Notes: a model not told the origin generated them from the sequence alone. Numbered from the stretch's first letter, positions 9,794 through 19,105 are shown. The stretch is 64,000 nucleotides of DNA from Promethearchaeota archaeon (GCA_048937405.1 JBHLNF010000001.1:544001-608000); one strand, 5' to 3'. A program made the numbers and translations.

Positions 9794-10339
9794 CTAATAA
9801 TCAAGAGAAAAGGTTTGCTTAACCCATTCCTCAATATCTTTTTTTGAATTAGATTGAGGTTGTGCTCCTTTATATAGATCTTTTTTTCTTTGTTCTTCCA
9901 TCATTTTAGAAAGATCCCTTAATGAGATGATTTTTCCATTCCTAATCTCTATTTCAAGAACTGTCTTAAAAGCCATTGGTCTCTGAAATCCCATATGCAC
10001 ATACATCGATTGTATAAAATCTTTTGCAAGAAGGATACTCCCAGTAAAGTTTGTTTGAAGATTTAAATTTATATAATGATATTTAAATAGAGAATTCCCC
10101 TGTTGAGGTTCAATATCATTGATTTTTGGAGGATTATCAACATTTACCTGTAATTCATCAAGGATTAATAAACTTTTTGTAAATACATATTTCATAACAT
10201 AACCACGCCAACAAGCAGTGCAGCTAGAGTATGGTGATATACCTAAATCCTCAGGTTTAGTTAACCCATGACCTTTCAAACCAACTAATGAAAAAACTTC
10301 TCCATTTAATATGAATTCATCAGGAATTTGTGCTGTCAT
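9794..10339 (-). CDS. Conserved hypothetical protein
   Basis: MTAQIPD, CTACWRGY, YVHMGF motifs; 10 nt downstream of the profilin-TrmB gene. Confidence 0.7.
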   Translation of the reverse strand: MTAQIPDEFILNGEVFSLVGLKGHGLTKPEDLGISPYSSCTACWRGYVMKYVFTKSLLILDELQVNVDNPPKINDIEPQQGNSLFKYHYINLNLQTNFTGSILLAKDFIQSMYVHMGFQRPMAFKTVLEIEIRNGKIISLRDLSKMMEEQRKKDLYKGAQPQSNSKKDIEEWVKQTFSLDY

Positions 10340-10349
10340 TATGAAAACC

Positions 10350-11588
10350 TCACAGTTTTAAGATAATACTCAATAATATTGGAAAATGTTCTTCAGATCC
10401 CCATACGACATAAATCTTATCCTCTAGGGGAATTGCTACATGTCTGGCAGCTACGATCCAATCAGTGCCAACATTATTTCCCGTTTCAGTCCCTTCTTTA
10501 AATTTGAAATACATAGTCATTCCCAAATAGTCTTGGATTTTTGTGTCCTCGATTCTAATATCCTCAAGATCAGGAATTGTGTATTCTTTGACATCGAGGT
10601 CAGGTTGTATAGGTTCTCTCATTTTTTCAGATGAAAGTTGTAAGGCAGCTTTAATAATAACTTCTTCCTTCACTTTTTTGTTATATTCAAAAATAATTAA
10701 ACCACAATCCTTTTCCTCACCCGTTACTCCAAGAGTGTTAAAATCAAAAGATTTTTCGCTATACAATTGAAAATCTTTTTTAATTTCTGTCATATCCATC
10801 CAACCATTCTCAAGTGTTTCCCCCATTATATAGCGAAAACTCTTTAAAATCTTTAACTCCTCTTCTTTTTGCTGAATTCGTTCATCGAATATATCATTTA
10901 ATGGTCTAGCAATATATTCTTGTGCACTCCGAGGCATCAACGGCAATTTCAATATCCAACCCTTACTTATCAAACGATCAATTATTCGATATATTGTCGT
11001 TCTTTTAATAGAGAGATCATCATTCAACTCACCAACTTTAGCTCCATTTTTACCTCTTGTTAATAAAGCCAAATAAACTTTTGCTTCTTCAATGCTTAAT
11101 CCAAATTTTAACAATCCAAGCTCTTGTAAATTATTTGTATCGTCAAGGAGTATTCTGGGAGTCGCCCATTTTAATTCTTCTACTTTACCTAAAGGAGTAT
11201 CGAAGTCCATATAAGGTTTCTTTGAACTTAACTTGCTTAAAGTTCGAGAAGCTTCCATCATTCCAAGTCGCTTTAATCCATTCGGAGCGACTTTACATAT
11301 AATCATCCTTTCTTCATCTTTAAATCCTAAAATTCCACCTTTCTCATTTGGTTCTATCCCAACCAATCTTTCAGGAGTAATTTGAATGATAACATATTTA
11401 ATACCCGAGATCATAAGAGACGTATGCTTCTTTGACCTCCAAACTGAAATAATCTCATTAATATCACTACTAATATCCCAATTATCTGTTGAATATTCTA
11501 ACTCTTTTTCTCCTTTTATTATTGCTGCAGCAATGGTTTTTGCTTCAGATTGTATTAATTCATTAAGAGCCTGTATTATTTTTTCCAT
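10350..11588 (-). CDS. Profilin-like domain fused to TrmB-type winged-helix DNA-binding domain plus unknown C-terminal domain
   Basis: N-term AIIKG...YSTDNWDISSD...SLMISGIKYVIIQ.TPERLVG...KGGILG resembles Loki profilins; middle LLKFGLSIEEAKVYLALL...IKRTTIYRIIDRLISKGWI is a TrmB HTH. Confidence 0.75.
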   Translation of the reverse strand: MEKIIQALNELIQSEAKTIAAAIIKGEKELEYSTDNWDISSDINEIISVWRSKKHTSLMISGIKYVIIQITPERLVGIEPNEKGGILGFKDEERMIICKVAPNGLKRLGMMEASRTLSKLSSKKPYMDFDTPLGKVEELKWATPRILLDDTNNLQELGLLKFGLSIEEAKVYLALLTRGKNGAKVGELNDDLSIKRTTIYRIIDRLISKGWILKLPLMPRSAQEYIARPLNDIFDERIQQKEEELKILKSFRYIMGETLENGWMDMTEIKKDFQLYSEKSFDFNTLGVTGEEKDCGLIIFEYNKKVKEEVIIKAALQLSSEKMREPIQPDLDVKEYTIPDLEDIRIEDTKIQDYLGMTMYFKFKEGTETGNNVGTDWIVAARHVAIPLEDKIYVVWGSEEHFPILLSIILKL

Positions 11589-11638
11589 ACTTTAATACCC
11601 TCTCTATTATCTTTTTCAATTTTATAAAAAAAAATTAT

Positions 11639-11836
11639 TTATTTTTCTCCAAATTTCCTTTTTATTTCATCTAATACCTTTTTGTAATACATATTTTCTT
11701 TAGATTCTTGAATTTCCGTGAAATATTCCGGCATTATTAAATTCTTGGATTTTTGTTTTAGATCTTTTTCCGATATAATAATTCCTTCATCCAGTACTAT
11801 GCAAGCAATTCCATCCATTATTCTTATTCTTACCAT
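11639..11836 (-). CDS. Small hypothetical protein (65 aa) between actin and the profilin-TrmB gene
   Basis: ORF with purine-rich GAAGGG upstream, co-oriented in the cluster. Confidence 0.6.
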   Translation of the reverse strand: MVRIRIMDGIACIVLDEGIIISEKDLKQKSKNLIMPEYFTEIQESKENMYYKKVLDEIKRKFGEK

Positions 11837-11872
11837 TATTGTCCCTTCTAATTTAATACTGATAATTCCTAA

Positions 11873-13018
11873 TTAAAAACATCGATGGATAACTTGAGGA
11901 CCTAATTCCTTGTAATCTCGTCTAGTAATCCACATCCTATAAAAAGTCTTTAAAGAACTTAAAATAGATCCGCCAATCCACACCGAATACATTCGTTCAG
12001 GAGGAGCTATTATTTTGACATCAATTGATTCTGGAATTTGTTCTTTGATTTCTCGGGTTAATCTCTCTTTAATACCGGGAAACATTGTAGAACCACCTGA
12101 AAGAACAATATTACTATAAAGATCTCTTCGTAAATCTACATCACACTCAGATATTGCGCCTATTATAACATCATCTAAGGGAGCTAATTCTTTTCCTACA
12201 ACAGAAGGATTAAATAAACATTCCGGAGCTAAAAACCTTTCAAGTCCAATTGTAATAGTTTCACCATCAGGAAGCATAAAATTCTTTGCCATCCCAGCTA
12301 CTTTATTGGAAAGAATAATTTCCTTTTCTGGATCAATAGCAACATAGCATAATTTTTCTTTAATATCTCTTACAATCTCTTTCTCGGCTGAAGTATAAAA
12401 TGAATATCCATTTTGCCTTAATAACCTCTGCAAATATGTTGTAACATCCCTTCCAGCTAGATCAATTCGCTGTATCGCATGACTTAATGCAAATCCCTCA
12501 AATATGGGTACTATATGTGCAACTCCATCTCCGATATCTACAACACATCCCGTCGTTCGACCAGAAGCATAAAGTGATAAGACTGCTTGTGTTGCGATAT
12601 AAAGAGCTGGGACATTGAATGTTTCGAACATTATTTCTGCCATTTTTTCTCTATTTGATCTGGGATTCAATGGAGCTTCTGTTAATAGTACAGGAAATTC
12701 TGATGGATCAATTCTTAGATCTGTATAGAATGTATAATGATATATTCTTTCCATTGCTGGCCAATCTTCAACAACTCCATGTTCGATAGGAAATTGTAGA
12801 TTCATTATCCCTTTTAATTCCATCGCTTCTTCTCCAATATACCATTCTCGACTGTAATCTTTTACATCAGGCATAATGTTACCATATTTTGGTTTTCCAA
12901 TAACAGTTGGAAAAACCGAACGTGGCTGATCTTCACCTCCAAAACCATTTTTTGAGATTCCTGTCCCATTATCTATAACAATAGCTCTATTATTTCTAAA
13001 GTCCCCGTTGACTGAAAT
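11873..13018 (-). CDS. Asgard actin homologue (~381 aa, probable ATT start)
   Basis: IVIDNGTGISKNGFGGEDQPRSVFPTVIG lies upstream of the track ATG; LLTEAPLNP, QAVLSLYASGRTTG, LSGGSTMFPGI, YSVWIGGSIL, IHRCF. Confidence 0.95.
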   Translation of the reverse strand: MSVNGDFRNNRAIVIDNGTGISKNGFGGEDQPRSVFPTVIGKPKYGNIMPDVKDYSREWYIGEEAMELKGIMNLQFPIEHGVVEDWPAMERIYHYTFYTDLRIDPSEFPVLLTEAPLNPRSNREKMAEIMFETFNVPALYIATQAVLSLYASGRTTGCVVDIGDGVAHIVPIFEGFALSHAIQRIDLAGRDVTTYLQRLLRQNGYSFYTSAEKEIVRDIKEKLCYVAIDPEKEIILSNKVAGMAKNFMLPDGETITIGLERFLAPECLFNPSVVGKELAPLDDVIIGAISECDVDLRRDLYSNIVLSGGSTMFPGIKERLTREIKEQIPESIDVKIIAPPERMYSVWIGGSILSSLKTFYRMWITRRDYKELGPQVIHRCF

Positions 13019-13082
13019 TTTAAAACCACCTCTTTTTTTTATATTGAGTTATAGATTAAATAAAAATGATAATATTTAAATG

Positions 13083-13102
13083 TTGTCACGATATGGTGAC
13101 AA
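13083..13102. promoter_or_regulatory. Inverted repeat TTGTCAC-N6-GTGACAA next to the putative TATA box of the actin gene
   Basis: Perfect 7-bp arms; minus-strand TTTAAATA at 13073-13080 directly adjacent. Confidence 0.55.
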
Positions 13103-13177
13103 TTATGTTATGAATTGTAAACAACAAAAAAAAAAATTAATTAACTCAAAATTTCTTTAAATAGATAGAAAAGTATT

Positions 13178-13612
13178 ATGACAAGTTTAACTAGTACTGA
13201 AATAAGTTGTCCTCACTGTAAAAACTCATTTCGGATTATCTGGGAAGCATCAATAAATACGTGGTTAAATCCAGAATTAATTCAAAAAATTCTTGATGAT
13301 AGATATTATTATGAATGTCCAAAATGTACAAAACAAATACATTTTGTGACAAAGATTTTAATAAATTGTCCTAAAGGGATGTTTTGGATATCAAATGATG
13401 AAGAAATAGAAATAAAAAAAAAAATCTTGAAAGATTATGGTGTTATTAACGAGGATGGAAAGATTTTAACTCCAATAAGGGGAGTTGATCTTCCTGCAGA
13501 TGATCACCCCGGTTTGAACTCCAACTTTGATAAGATAATTAGGAACTTTAAAGATGAGTTGTTAACTAACAATAATAATGATTCTTTAGAAAAAAAGAAT
13601 AAGAGTAGATAA
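13178..13612 (+). CDS. CpXC-type zinc-ribbon protein
   Basis: CPHC...WEASINT...CPKC. Confidence 0.75.
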   Translation: MTSLTSTEISCPHCKNSFRIIWEASINTWLNPELIQKILDDRYYYECPKCTKQIHFVTKILINCPKGMFWISNDEEIEIKKKILKDYGVINEDGKILTPIRGVDLPADDHPGLNSNFDKIIRNFKDELLTNNNNDSLEKKNKSR

Positions 13613-13616
13613 AAGA

Positions 13617-14681
13617 TTATTTTTTAAGCAAGTTTATCAACTTTTTTACTATTAGATCCCCCATTTCTTTTGTAGTTAGTGTTTTAAAAGCACTATTCTC
13701 AATATCTATGGTTCTTCCTTCGTTAAGGGCTTCCTCCACAGATTTCTCAATTAAAAAACCTATTTCTGGAGAATTGAATGATTCTTGCAACATTAGCTTT
13801 ACACTTAGAATAGTGCCTATTGGATTAGCTATATTTTTTCCAGCAATATCAGGAGCCGAACCATGTATTGGTTCATACATAGATACATGTCCGGGATTTA
13901 TGTTTCCACTGGCGGCCATTCCTAAACTACCAATCAGAAAAGCACCTTCATCACTAGTAATATCACCAAACATATTGCCTGTAACTACTGTTTCGTAAGA
14001 ATAAGGAGCACGAATTAACCATTGACAAAAAGCATCAATATAAACATCCTCTTTCTCTAAATCGGGATAATCTTCACCAATTTTATGAAAGATATTACGC
14101 CAAAATTGACTTGCTTTTATAACATTTGCTTTATCAACAGAAGTAATTTTTTTATGACCATTCTTCTTTGCAAATTCACAAGCATATCGCATAATTCGTT
14201 CACACCCTTTTTTTGTATAAAACATTACACTTTCTGCGCTCTCATCTGATATTTCTCCGATTCCTTTATATATTCCCTCTGTATTTTCTCTAATAATAGT
14301 GAAATCAATACCTTTTCCTATAAATTCATCTCTAAGTGGACATCTATCACGTAGAGGATAATATAACTTGATTGGCCTCATATTCACGTATAGGTCTAAA
14401 TCTTGCCTTATCTTTAAGATTGCAGATTCAGCAATTCCGGGGGGTAAATCAGGAAGTCCAATAGCACCAAATAATAAAGCATCAGAATTTTTAATAATTT
14501 CAAATGTCTTTTTTGGAAGGCTTTCACCACAATCTTTCCAAACTTTACCTCCAGCTGGAGCGTTTATAAATTCAAAATCAAAATCACTATATTCAGAAAT
14601 AACTTTTAGAATCTTTATCCCTTCTTCTACTACTTCTAATCCACATCCATCACCATGAGTGACTGCAATTTCTTTTTTCAT
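13617..14681 (-). CDS. leuB: 3-isopropylmalate dehydrogenase
   Basis: GDGCGLEV, RENTEG, VDKANV, NMFGDI, EPIHGSAPDIAGK. Confidence 0.93.
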   Translation of the reverse strand: MKKEIAVTHGDGCGLEVVEEGIKILKVISEYSDFDFEFINAPAGGKVWKDCGESLPKKTFEIIKNSDALLFGAIGLPDLPPGIAESAILKIRQDLDLYVNMRPIKLYYPLRDRCPLRDEFIGKGIDFTIIRENTEGIYKGIGEISDESAESVMFYTKKGCERIMRYACEFAKKNGHKKITSVDKANVIKASQFWRNIFHKIGEDYPDLEKEDVYIDAFCQWLIRAPYSYETVVTGNMFGDITSDEGAFLIGSLGMAASGNINPGHVSMYEPIHGSAPDIAGKNIANPIGTILSVKLMLQESFNSPEIGFLIEKSVEEALNEGRTIDIENSAFKTLTTKEMGDLIVKKLINLLKK

Positions 14682-15199
14682 TATGATCCCTCTTCTGAAT
14701 TGGTAATTTGTTCTCTTGCAAAATTTATTAGACCTTGTGCTTTAATTATTTTCTGTAAAAAAGCTGGAAATTTGCTAAAGGAATATGATTTGCTAGTGGT
14801 TATATTTTCTATAATTCCGTTCCCAAAGTCAATATTTAGTAGATCTCCATTATTAAAAGCATCGATGTCAGAAAACCGAAGAATTGGAAGTCCAATATTA
14901 ATGGCATTTCTGAAAAATATACGTGCAAAACTGGGAGCGATAATTAATTCTATTCCCGAAGCTTTTAAAGCAATTGGTGCTTGTTCTCGGCTTGAACCAC
15001 AACCAAAATTTGAGCCTGAGACGAGAATTGTTGCCTGAAGATTATCTTTATTCTTATGAAACTCCCCATCTAAATCTTCCATGCAATGCTCAGCTAAAAA
15101 CTGAGGATTTATGTCTACTAAGTATCGAGCAGGGATTATTAAATCTGTATTGATATTTTCTTGAGCATATTTAATTACTTTTCCTTTTATTTCTATCAC
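14681..15199 (-). CDS. leuD: 3-isopropylmalate dehydratase small subunit
   Basis: NINTDLIIPA, NFGCGSSREQA, SFARIFFRNAINIG. Confidence 0.95.
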   Translation of the reverse strand: MIEIKGKVIKYAQENINTDLIIPARYLVDINPQFLAEHCMEDLDGEFHKNKDNLQATILVSGSNFGCGSSREQAPIALKASGIELIIAPSFARIFFRNAINIGLPILRFSDIDAFNNGDLLNIDFGNGIIENITTSKSYSFSKFPAFLQKIIKAQGLINFAREQITNSEEGS

Positions 15200-15215
15200 C
15201 TTTTATATTTTACCT

Positions 15216-16487
15216 TTATATACTTTCTGGAGATATAATAAACCCTTTTAAAGCGGAAGATGCAGCAATCACTGGATTTGATAAATAGACTTCGCTTTCG
15301 GTGTGTCCCATCCTTCCCATAAAATTTCTATTTGTTGTTGATATTGCTCTTTCACCAGGAGCAAGGATTCCCATATGTCCTCCTAAACATGGTCCACATG
15401 TGGGTGGAGAAACAACCGCTCCAGCTTTAAGAAAAATTTCGATTAATCCTTCTTTAAGAGCATGAAGTTGAATGGTAGGAGTCCCTGGAATAATAATGCA
15501 TCTCACATTTGGATGGACCTTGTTGTTTTTCATTATTTTTGCTGCTAACCGTAGATCTTCCATTCGTCCATTGGTACAAGAACCTATTACCGCTTGGTCG
15601 ATTTCAATATGTAAATCTTGTACTTCAGATATAGGTTTTGTATTGCTTGGTAAGTGTGGAAGAGCTATTTGAGGTTCAATATTACTACAATCAATCTCAA
15701 TACTATCATGATATTTCACATTATTATCATCATATGTTTTAAATTTTGAAATTCCTACACTTTTCATATATTGTTCAGTAATTTTATCTGGAAAAATGAA
15801 TCCTGTTTTTGCTCCAGCTTCTATCGCCATATTACACATAGTAAAACGGTTTGTCATAGAAAAGTTGTTGATAATTTCTCCTGTAAACTCCATAACCTTA
15901 TATGTTGCCCCATCAACCCCAATTTTACCAATGGTATACAAAATTAAATCTTTACCAGAAACCCATTTATTCAACTGACCAGTATATATGAATCTCAAGG
16001 TTTCAGGTACTTGTAACCAACATTTTCCAAGAGCCATGGCTACACCTAGATCAGTCGAGCCAACACCCGTAGAAAAGGCTCCTAATGCCCCATATGTACA
16101 AGTATGAGAATCAGCACCAATAATTAACTCACTTGGAGCAACTAAACCCTGTTCGGGAATAAGACAATGTTCAATGCCTACTTTTCCTATTTCAAAATAG
16201 TGTTGAATGTGGTATTTCTTTGCAAAATCTTTTAAAATTTTGCACTGTATTGCCGAAGCAATATCCTTATTTGGTGTAAAATGATCTGGTGTAATTATTA
16301 TCTTGCTCGGATCGAAAACACTTCTTTCAGTTCCTTCAATAACTTTTTCGAAAACTTCTATAGCTTTTGGTGCAGTTATATCATTACCTAAACATTTATC
16401 GATATTTACTAAAACAAAATCTCCAGCAGAAATGTCCTTTTGATCACAATGATCTCTTATAATTTTTTCACTAATTGTTAGATCCAT
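15216..16487 (-). CDS. leuC: 3-isopropylmalate dehydratase large subunit
   Basis: GADSHTCT, IGSCTNGR, CGPCLG, STTNRNF. Confidence 0.95.
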   Translation of the reverse strand: MDLTISEKIIRDHCDQKDISAGDFVLVNIDKCLGNDITAPKAIEVFEKVIEGTERSVFDPSKIIITPDHFTPNKDIASAIQCKILKDFAKKYHIQHYFEIGKVGIEHCLIPEQGLVAPSELIIGADSHTCTYGALGAFSTGVGSTDLGVAMALGKCWLQVPETLRFIYTGQLNKWVSGKDLILYTIGKIGVDGATYKVMEFTGEIINNFSMTNRFTMCNMAIEAGAKTGFIFPDKITEQYMKSVGISKFKTYDDNNVKYHDSIEIDCSNIEPQIALPHLPSNTKPISEVQDLHIEIDQAVIGSCTNGRMEDLRLAAKIMKNNKVHPNVRCIIIPGTPTIQLHALKEGLIEIFLKAGAVVSPPTCGPCLGGHMGILAPGERAISTTNRNFMGRMGHTESEVYLSNPVIAASSALKGFIISPESI

Positions 16488-16527
16488 AGTTATAATAATT
16501 TTTTTTTTAAATTGAAATTAATTGATT

Positions 16528-18144
16528 TTATGACTGGCTTTTTTTCTTAACAATTAGGTTCAATCCTTTTATCAACGATAAAACAGAGCACATAACAATA
16601 TCTTCATGAATCGCACTAGCTTTAACCACTGTATTAGTTTCAACATCCATGATTTCAAGAGTAACATGCCCTAATGCCTCAGTCCCCCCTGTAATAGCAT
16701 CAATTTGAAAATTTAAAAGCACTATCTTACTCATCGGTTTAAAGCATTTAACAATTGCTTTACAGGAGGCATCTACAGGTCCTACTCCCGTTGCTGATGC
16801 TACTTTTTGCATTATATCTCCATTATTTTTGATGTTTAGTCGAACTGTTGATGTAGGTGTAACTGATCCAGTTAAAACAGTTAACTCCTCAAGCGTTACA
16901 AATTGTTCTTCTTTTGGTATTTCACCCATAACATCTTTCACAATAGCTAAGAAATCCTCTTCAGAAACTTCATGCCCCTTATCACCAAGACTTTTTACAT
17001 GTTCTCTTATTTTCATAAATTGTTCATCATTGGTCTTAATACCTAAGTCATCAATCTTAGCTTTAAGAGCATGACCACCTGTGTGTTTTCCAAGTTTTAT
17101 TGATTGCTTGATTATTGCTTCCACGTCGTCAGTACGGTGAATTCCTATTAATTCTGGAGTAATTGGTTCATATGTTCGTGCATGTTGTATCATTGCATGA
17201 GCATGGATACCTGCTTCATGAGCAAACGCATTCTGACCTATTAGTGGTTGCAATCGTCCGATCCTAACTTTTCCACCACAATAACTCTCAATTAATTTGG
17301 CTGTGGGAAAAATTTTTGTTGTTTTAATATTCATAGGGATCTGGTATAAAGCATAAAGAGACATACAAGTTTCTTCAAAAGATGCATTTCCTGCTCGTTC
17401 ACCCAATCCTAAAATAGTTGTTTGAGCTTCTGAAGCACCATTTTCAAACGCAGCGACAGTATTTGCAACAGCAAGGCCAAAATCATTATGACAATGGGCT
17501 GCAATACGAATATTTTTAGGTAAAGCTTCATGATTCTTCCGAATAATATATCCAAAAGCTACTGGAGATATTGTACCTACAGTGTCAGGTATATTTATTC
17601 GTGTGGCTCCGCTATCAATAGCAGTTAAATTAGCTTTAATTAAAAAGTCTAAATCTGATCTAGTAGCATCCTCTGCTGAAAATAAAACTATAGAATAATG
17701 TTCTTTAGCATAAGAGACAGTTTCTCTTATTCGTTCTATAACTTCATCTTTGGATAATTGAAGTTTTTCTCTCATATGTAATTCTGAAGTGGCGCAAAAT
17801 AAATGTATACTATCCATATCAGCCTCGATAACTTTATCTATATCGGGTTTCGCTGTTCTAGCTAAACCCATCACTTCAGAATCCAAACCCATTTTTGCAA
17901 TATCTCTACAAGCATCAAAATCACCTGGAGATGTTATAGGAAAACCCGCTTCTATAATATCAATTCCCAAATCATTAAGAGCTTGAGCAATAGATAGCTT
18001 TTCTTTATGAGTAAAACTTATACCTGGAGTTTGTTCCCCATCACGGAGTGTTGTATCAAAAAAGTATGCTCTCTCAGGAAGGATAAGTGATCCTCTAATT
18101 TTTTCCATCATGTCGGAAACAGCAATATCGTTTTTATTTACCAT
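16528..18144 (-). CDS. leuA: 2-isopropylmalate synthase (or citramalate synthase paralogue)
   Basis: DTTLRDGEQ, HCHNDFG, GERAGN, C-terminal regulatory domain with GVGPVDA. Confidence 0.88.
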   Translation of the reverse strand: MVNKNDIAVSDMMEKIRGSLILPERAYFFDTTLRDGEQTPGISFTHKEKLSIAQALNDLGIDIIEAGFPITSPGDFDACRDIAKMGLDSEVMGLARTAKPDIDKVIEADMDSIHLFCATSELHMREKLQLSKDEVIERIRETVSYAKEHYSIVLFSAEDATRSDLDFLIKANLTAIDSGATRINIPDTVGTISPVAFGYIIRKNHEALPKNIRIAAHCHNDFGLAVANTVAAFENGASEAQTTILGLGERAGNASFEETCMSLYALYQIPMNIKTTKIFPTAKLIESYCGGKVRIGRLQPLIGQNAFAHEAGIHAHAMIQHARTYEPITPELIGIHRTDDVEAIIKQSIKLGKHTGGHALKAKIDDLGIKTNDEQFMKIREHVKSLGDKGHEVSEEDFLAIVKDVMGEIPKEEQFVTLEELTVLTGSVTPTSTVRLNIKNNGDIMQKVASATGVGPVDASCKAIVKCFKPMSKIVLLNFQIDAITGGTEALGHVTLEIMDVETNTVVKASAIHEDIVMCSVLSLIKGLNLIVKKKSQS

Positions 18145-18180
18145 GTTTTTAACCTTTTATAATTTTATTTAAAATACATA

Positions 18181-18228
18181 GCCCTTATGCTTTCAAGAAG
18201 AAAAATTCGCTCTAGAAAGAATTAGGGC
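18181..18228 (-). terminator. Putative attenuator hairpin in the leu leader
   Basis: mRNA GCCCUAAUUCUUUCUAGAG...UUCUUGAAAGCAUAAGGGC, 16 of 19 positions pair, followed by UAUGUAUUUU. Confidence 0.6.
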
Positions 18229-18231
18229 GCT

Positions 18232-18333
18232 TTATAATAATAAGAGTAATAACAAACTCAATAATTCTAAAGGAAATAAACCTCTCAAACTTATTTTATT
18301 ATTAGAAATAAGTAGACTTTGAGTAGCTTTCAT
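18232..18333 (-). CDS. Leucine-rich leader peptide (LeuL-like, 33 aa)
   Basis: MKATQSLLISNNKISLRGLFPLELLSLLLLLLL*; 14 Leu, 7 consecutive before the stop; directly upstream of leuA. Confidence 0.8.
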   Translation of the reverse strand: MKATQSLLISNNKISLRGLFPLELLSLLLLLLL

Positions 18334-18471
18334 AATTTATAATCCTATTAGAATTTATGATTATTAAAATAGATTGATTATAACCTTATAAATTTTTCTC
18401 TGAATTAGGTTACAATCATTTTAGAAAAGGTCTGAAACTCTTTTGAATATAGGATTACTATTAAAGAATTG

Positions 18472-18680
18472 TCAAACCAATTGATTTTTACTTGAAAAAG
18501 AAAAGATATTTATAATAATTTCTTTTGACCAATACCTATTTTTTCTAATAGTAGAAATTAAAGGTGAATCTGAAAGCCCTACTTCTTCCAAGAAATGGAG
18601 TATATCCTTGAATTTTGTAAAAGTAGTTTGATATTTTCCTTTTTTAAAATAAATTAATCCAATTCTATTATTATATTTGG
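18472..18680 (-). pseudogene. Possible TPR-protein remnant
   Basis: Start-less open frame NNRIGLIYFKKGKYQ..F...L..LEEVGLSDSP resembles a TPR repeat. Confidence 0.3.
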
Positions 18681-18742
18681 ATTTTTTTAATTTTTTGTAT
18701 TTTTTCTAGGTATAAAAAGAATTATCTTAATCTATAAGTAGG

Positions 18743-19105
18743 TTATCTCACTACTTCAAATAGTTCAAGTAGCACATTATCAGGAGCACTAGCCATTACA
18801 TATTTCAAGTTATTAAGACTTTTTATTTCATTACTAAATTGATAACCTATACTTTTCATATGTTCTACAAGAGTTTCTAAATCATTGGTCTCAAATCCTA
18901 AATGCCAAAATGCTCCACTTCCTTTATCTTTAGGTGCTTGATTATAGATAATTATTTTTGATGCTCCAATTTCAATCATTACATTTCGAGTTTCAGCGGA
19001 TCCTCTATCGAACAAAATTTTAGCTTCAAACATATCTTGATAAAATTTGACACTTTCATCAAGATCAGATGCAAATAAATGGATATGATGAAGTGAGGTT
19101 TCCAT
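18743..19105 (-). CDS. VOC/glyoxalase/bleomycin-resistance family protein
   Basis: LHHIHL..SDLDESVKFY, HLGF, APDNVLLELFE. Confidence 0.9.
   Translation of the reverse strand: METSLHHIHLFASDLDESVKFYQDMFEAKILFDRGSAETRNVMIEIGASKIIIYNQAPKDKGSGAFWHLGFETNDLETLVEHMKSIGYQFSNEIKSLNNLKYVMASAPDNVLLELFEVVR

Noticed and set aside
11873-12874. Actin as an N-terminally truncated pseudogene, as in the ORF track
   Set aside because: The frame stays open upstream with an intact DNGTG motif and an SD-positioned ATT
18232-18270. TAA/TTA trinucleotide microsatellite
   Set aside because: The interruptions are synonymous Leu codons (TTG, CTC) in an ATG-initiated frame before leuA, better explained as a leader peptide
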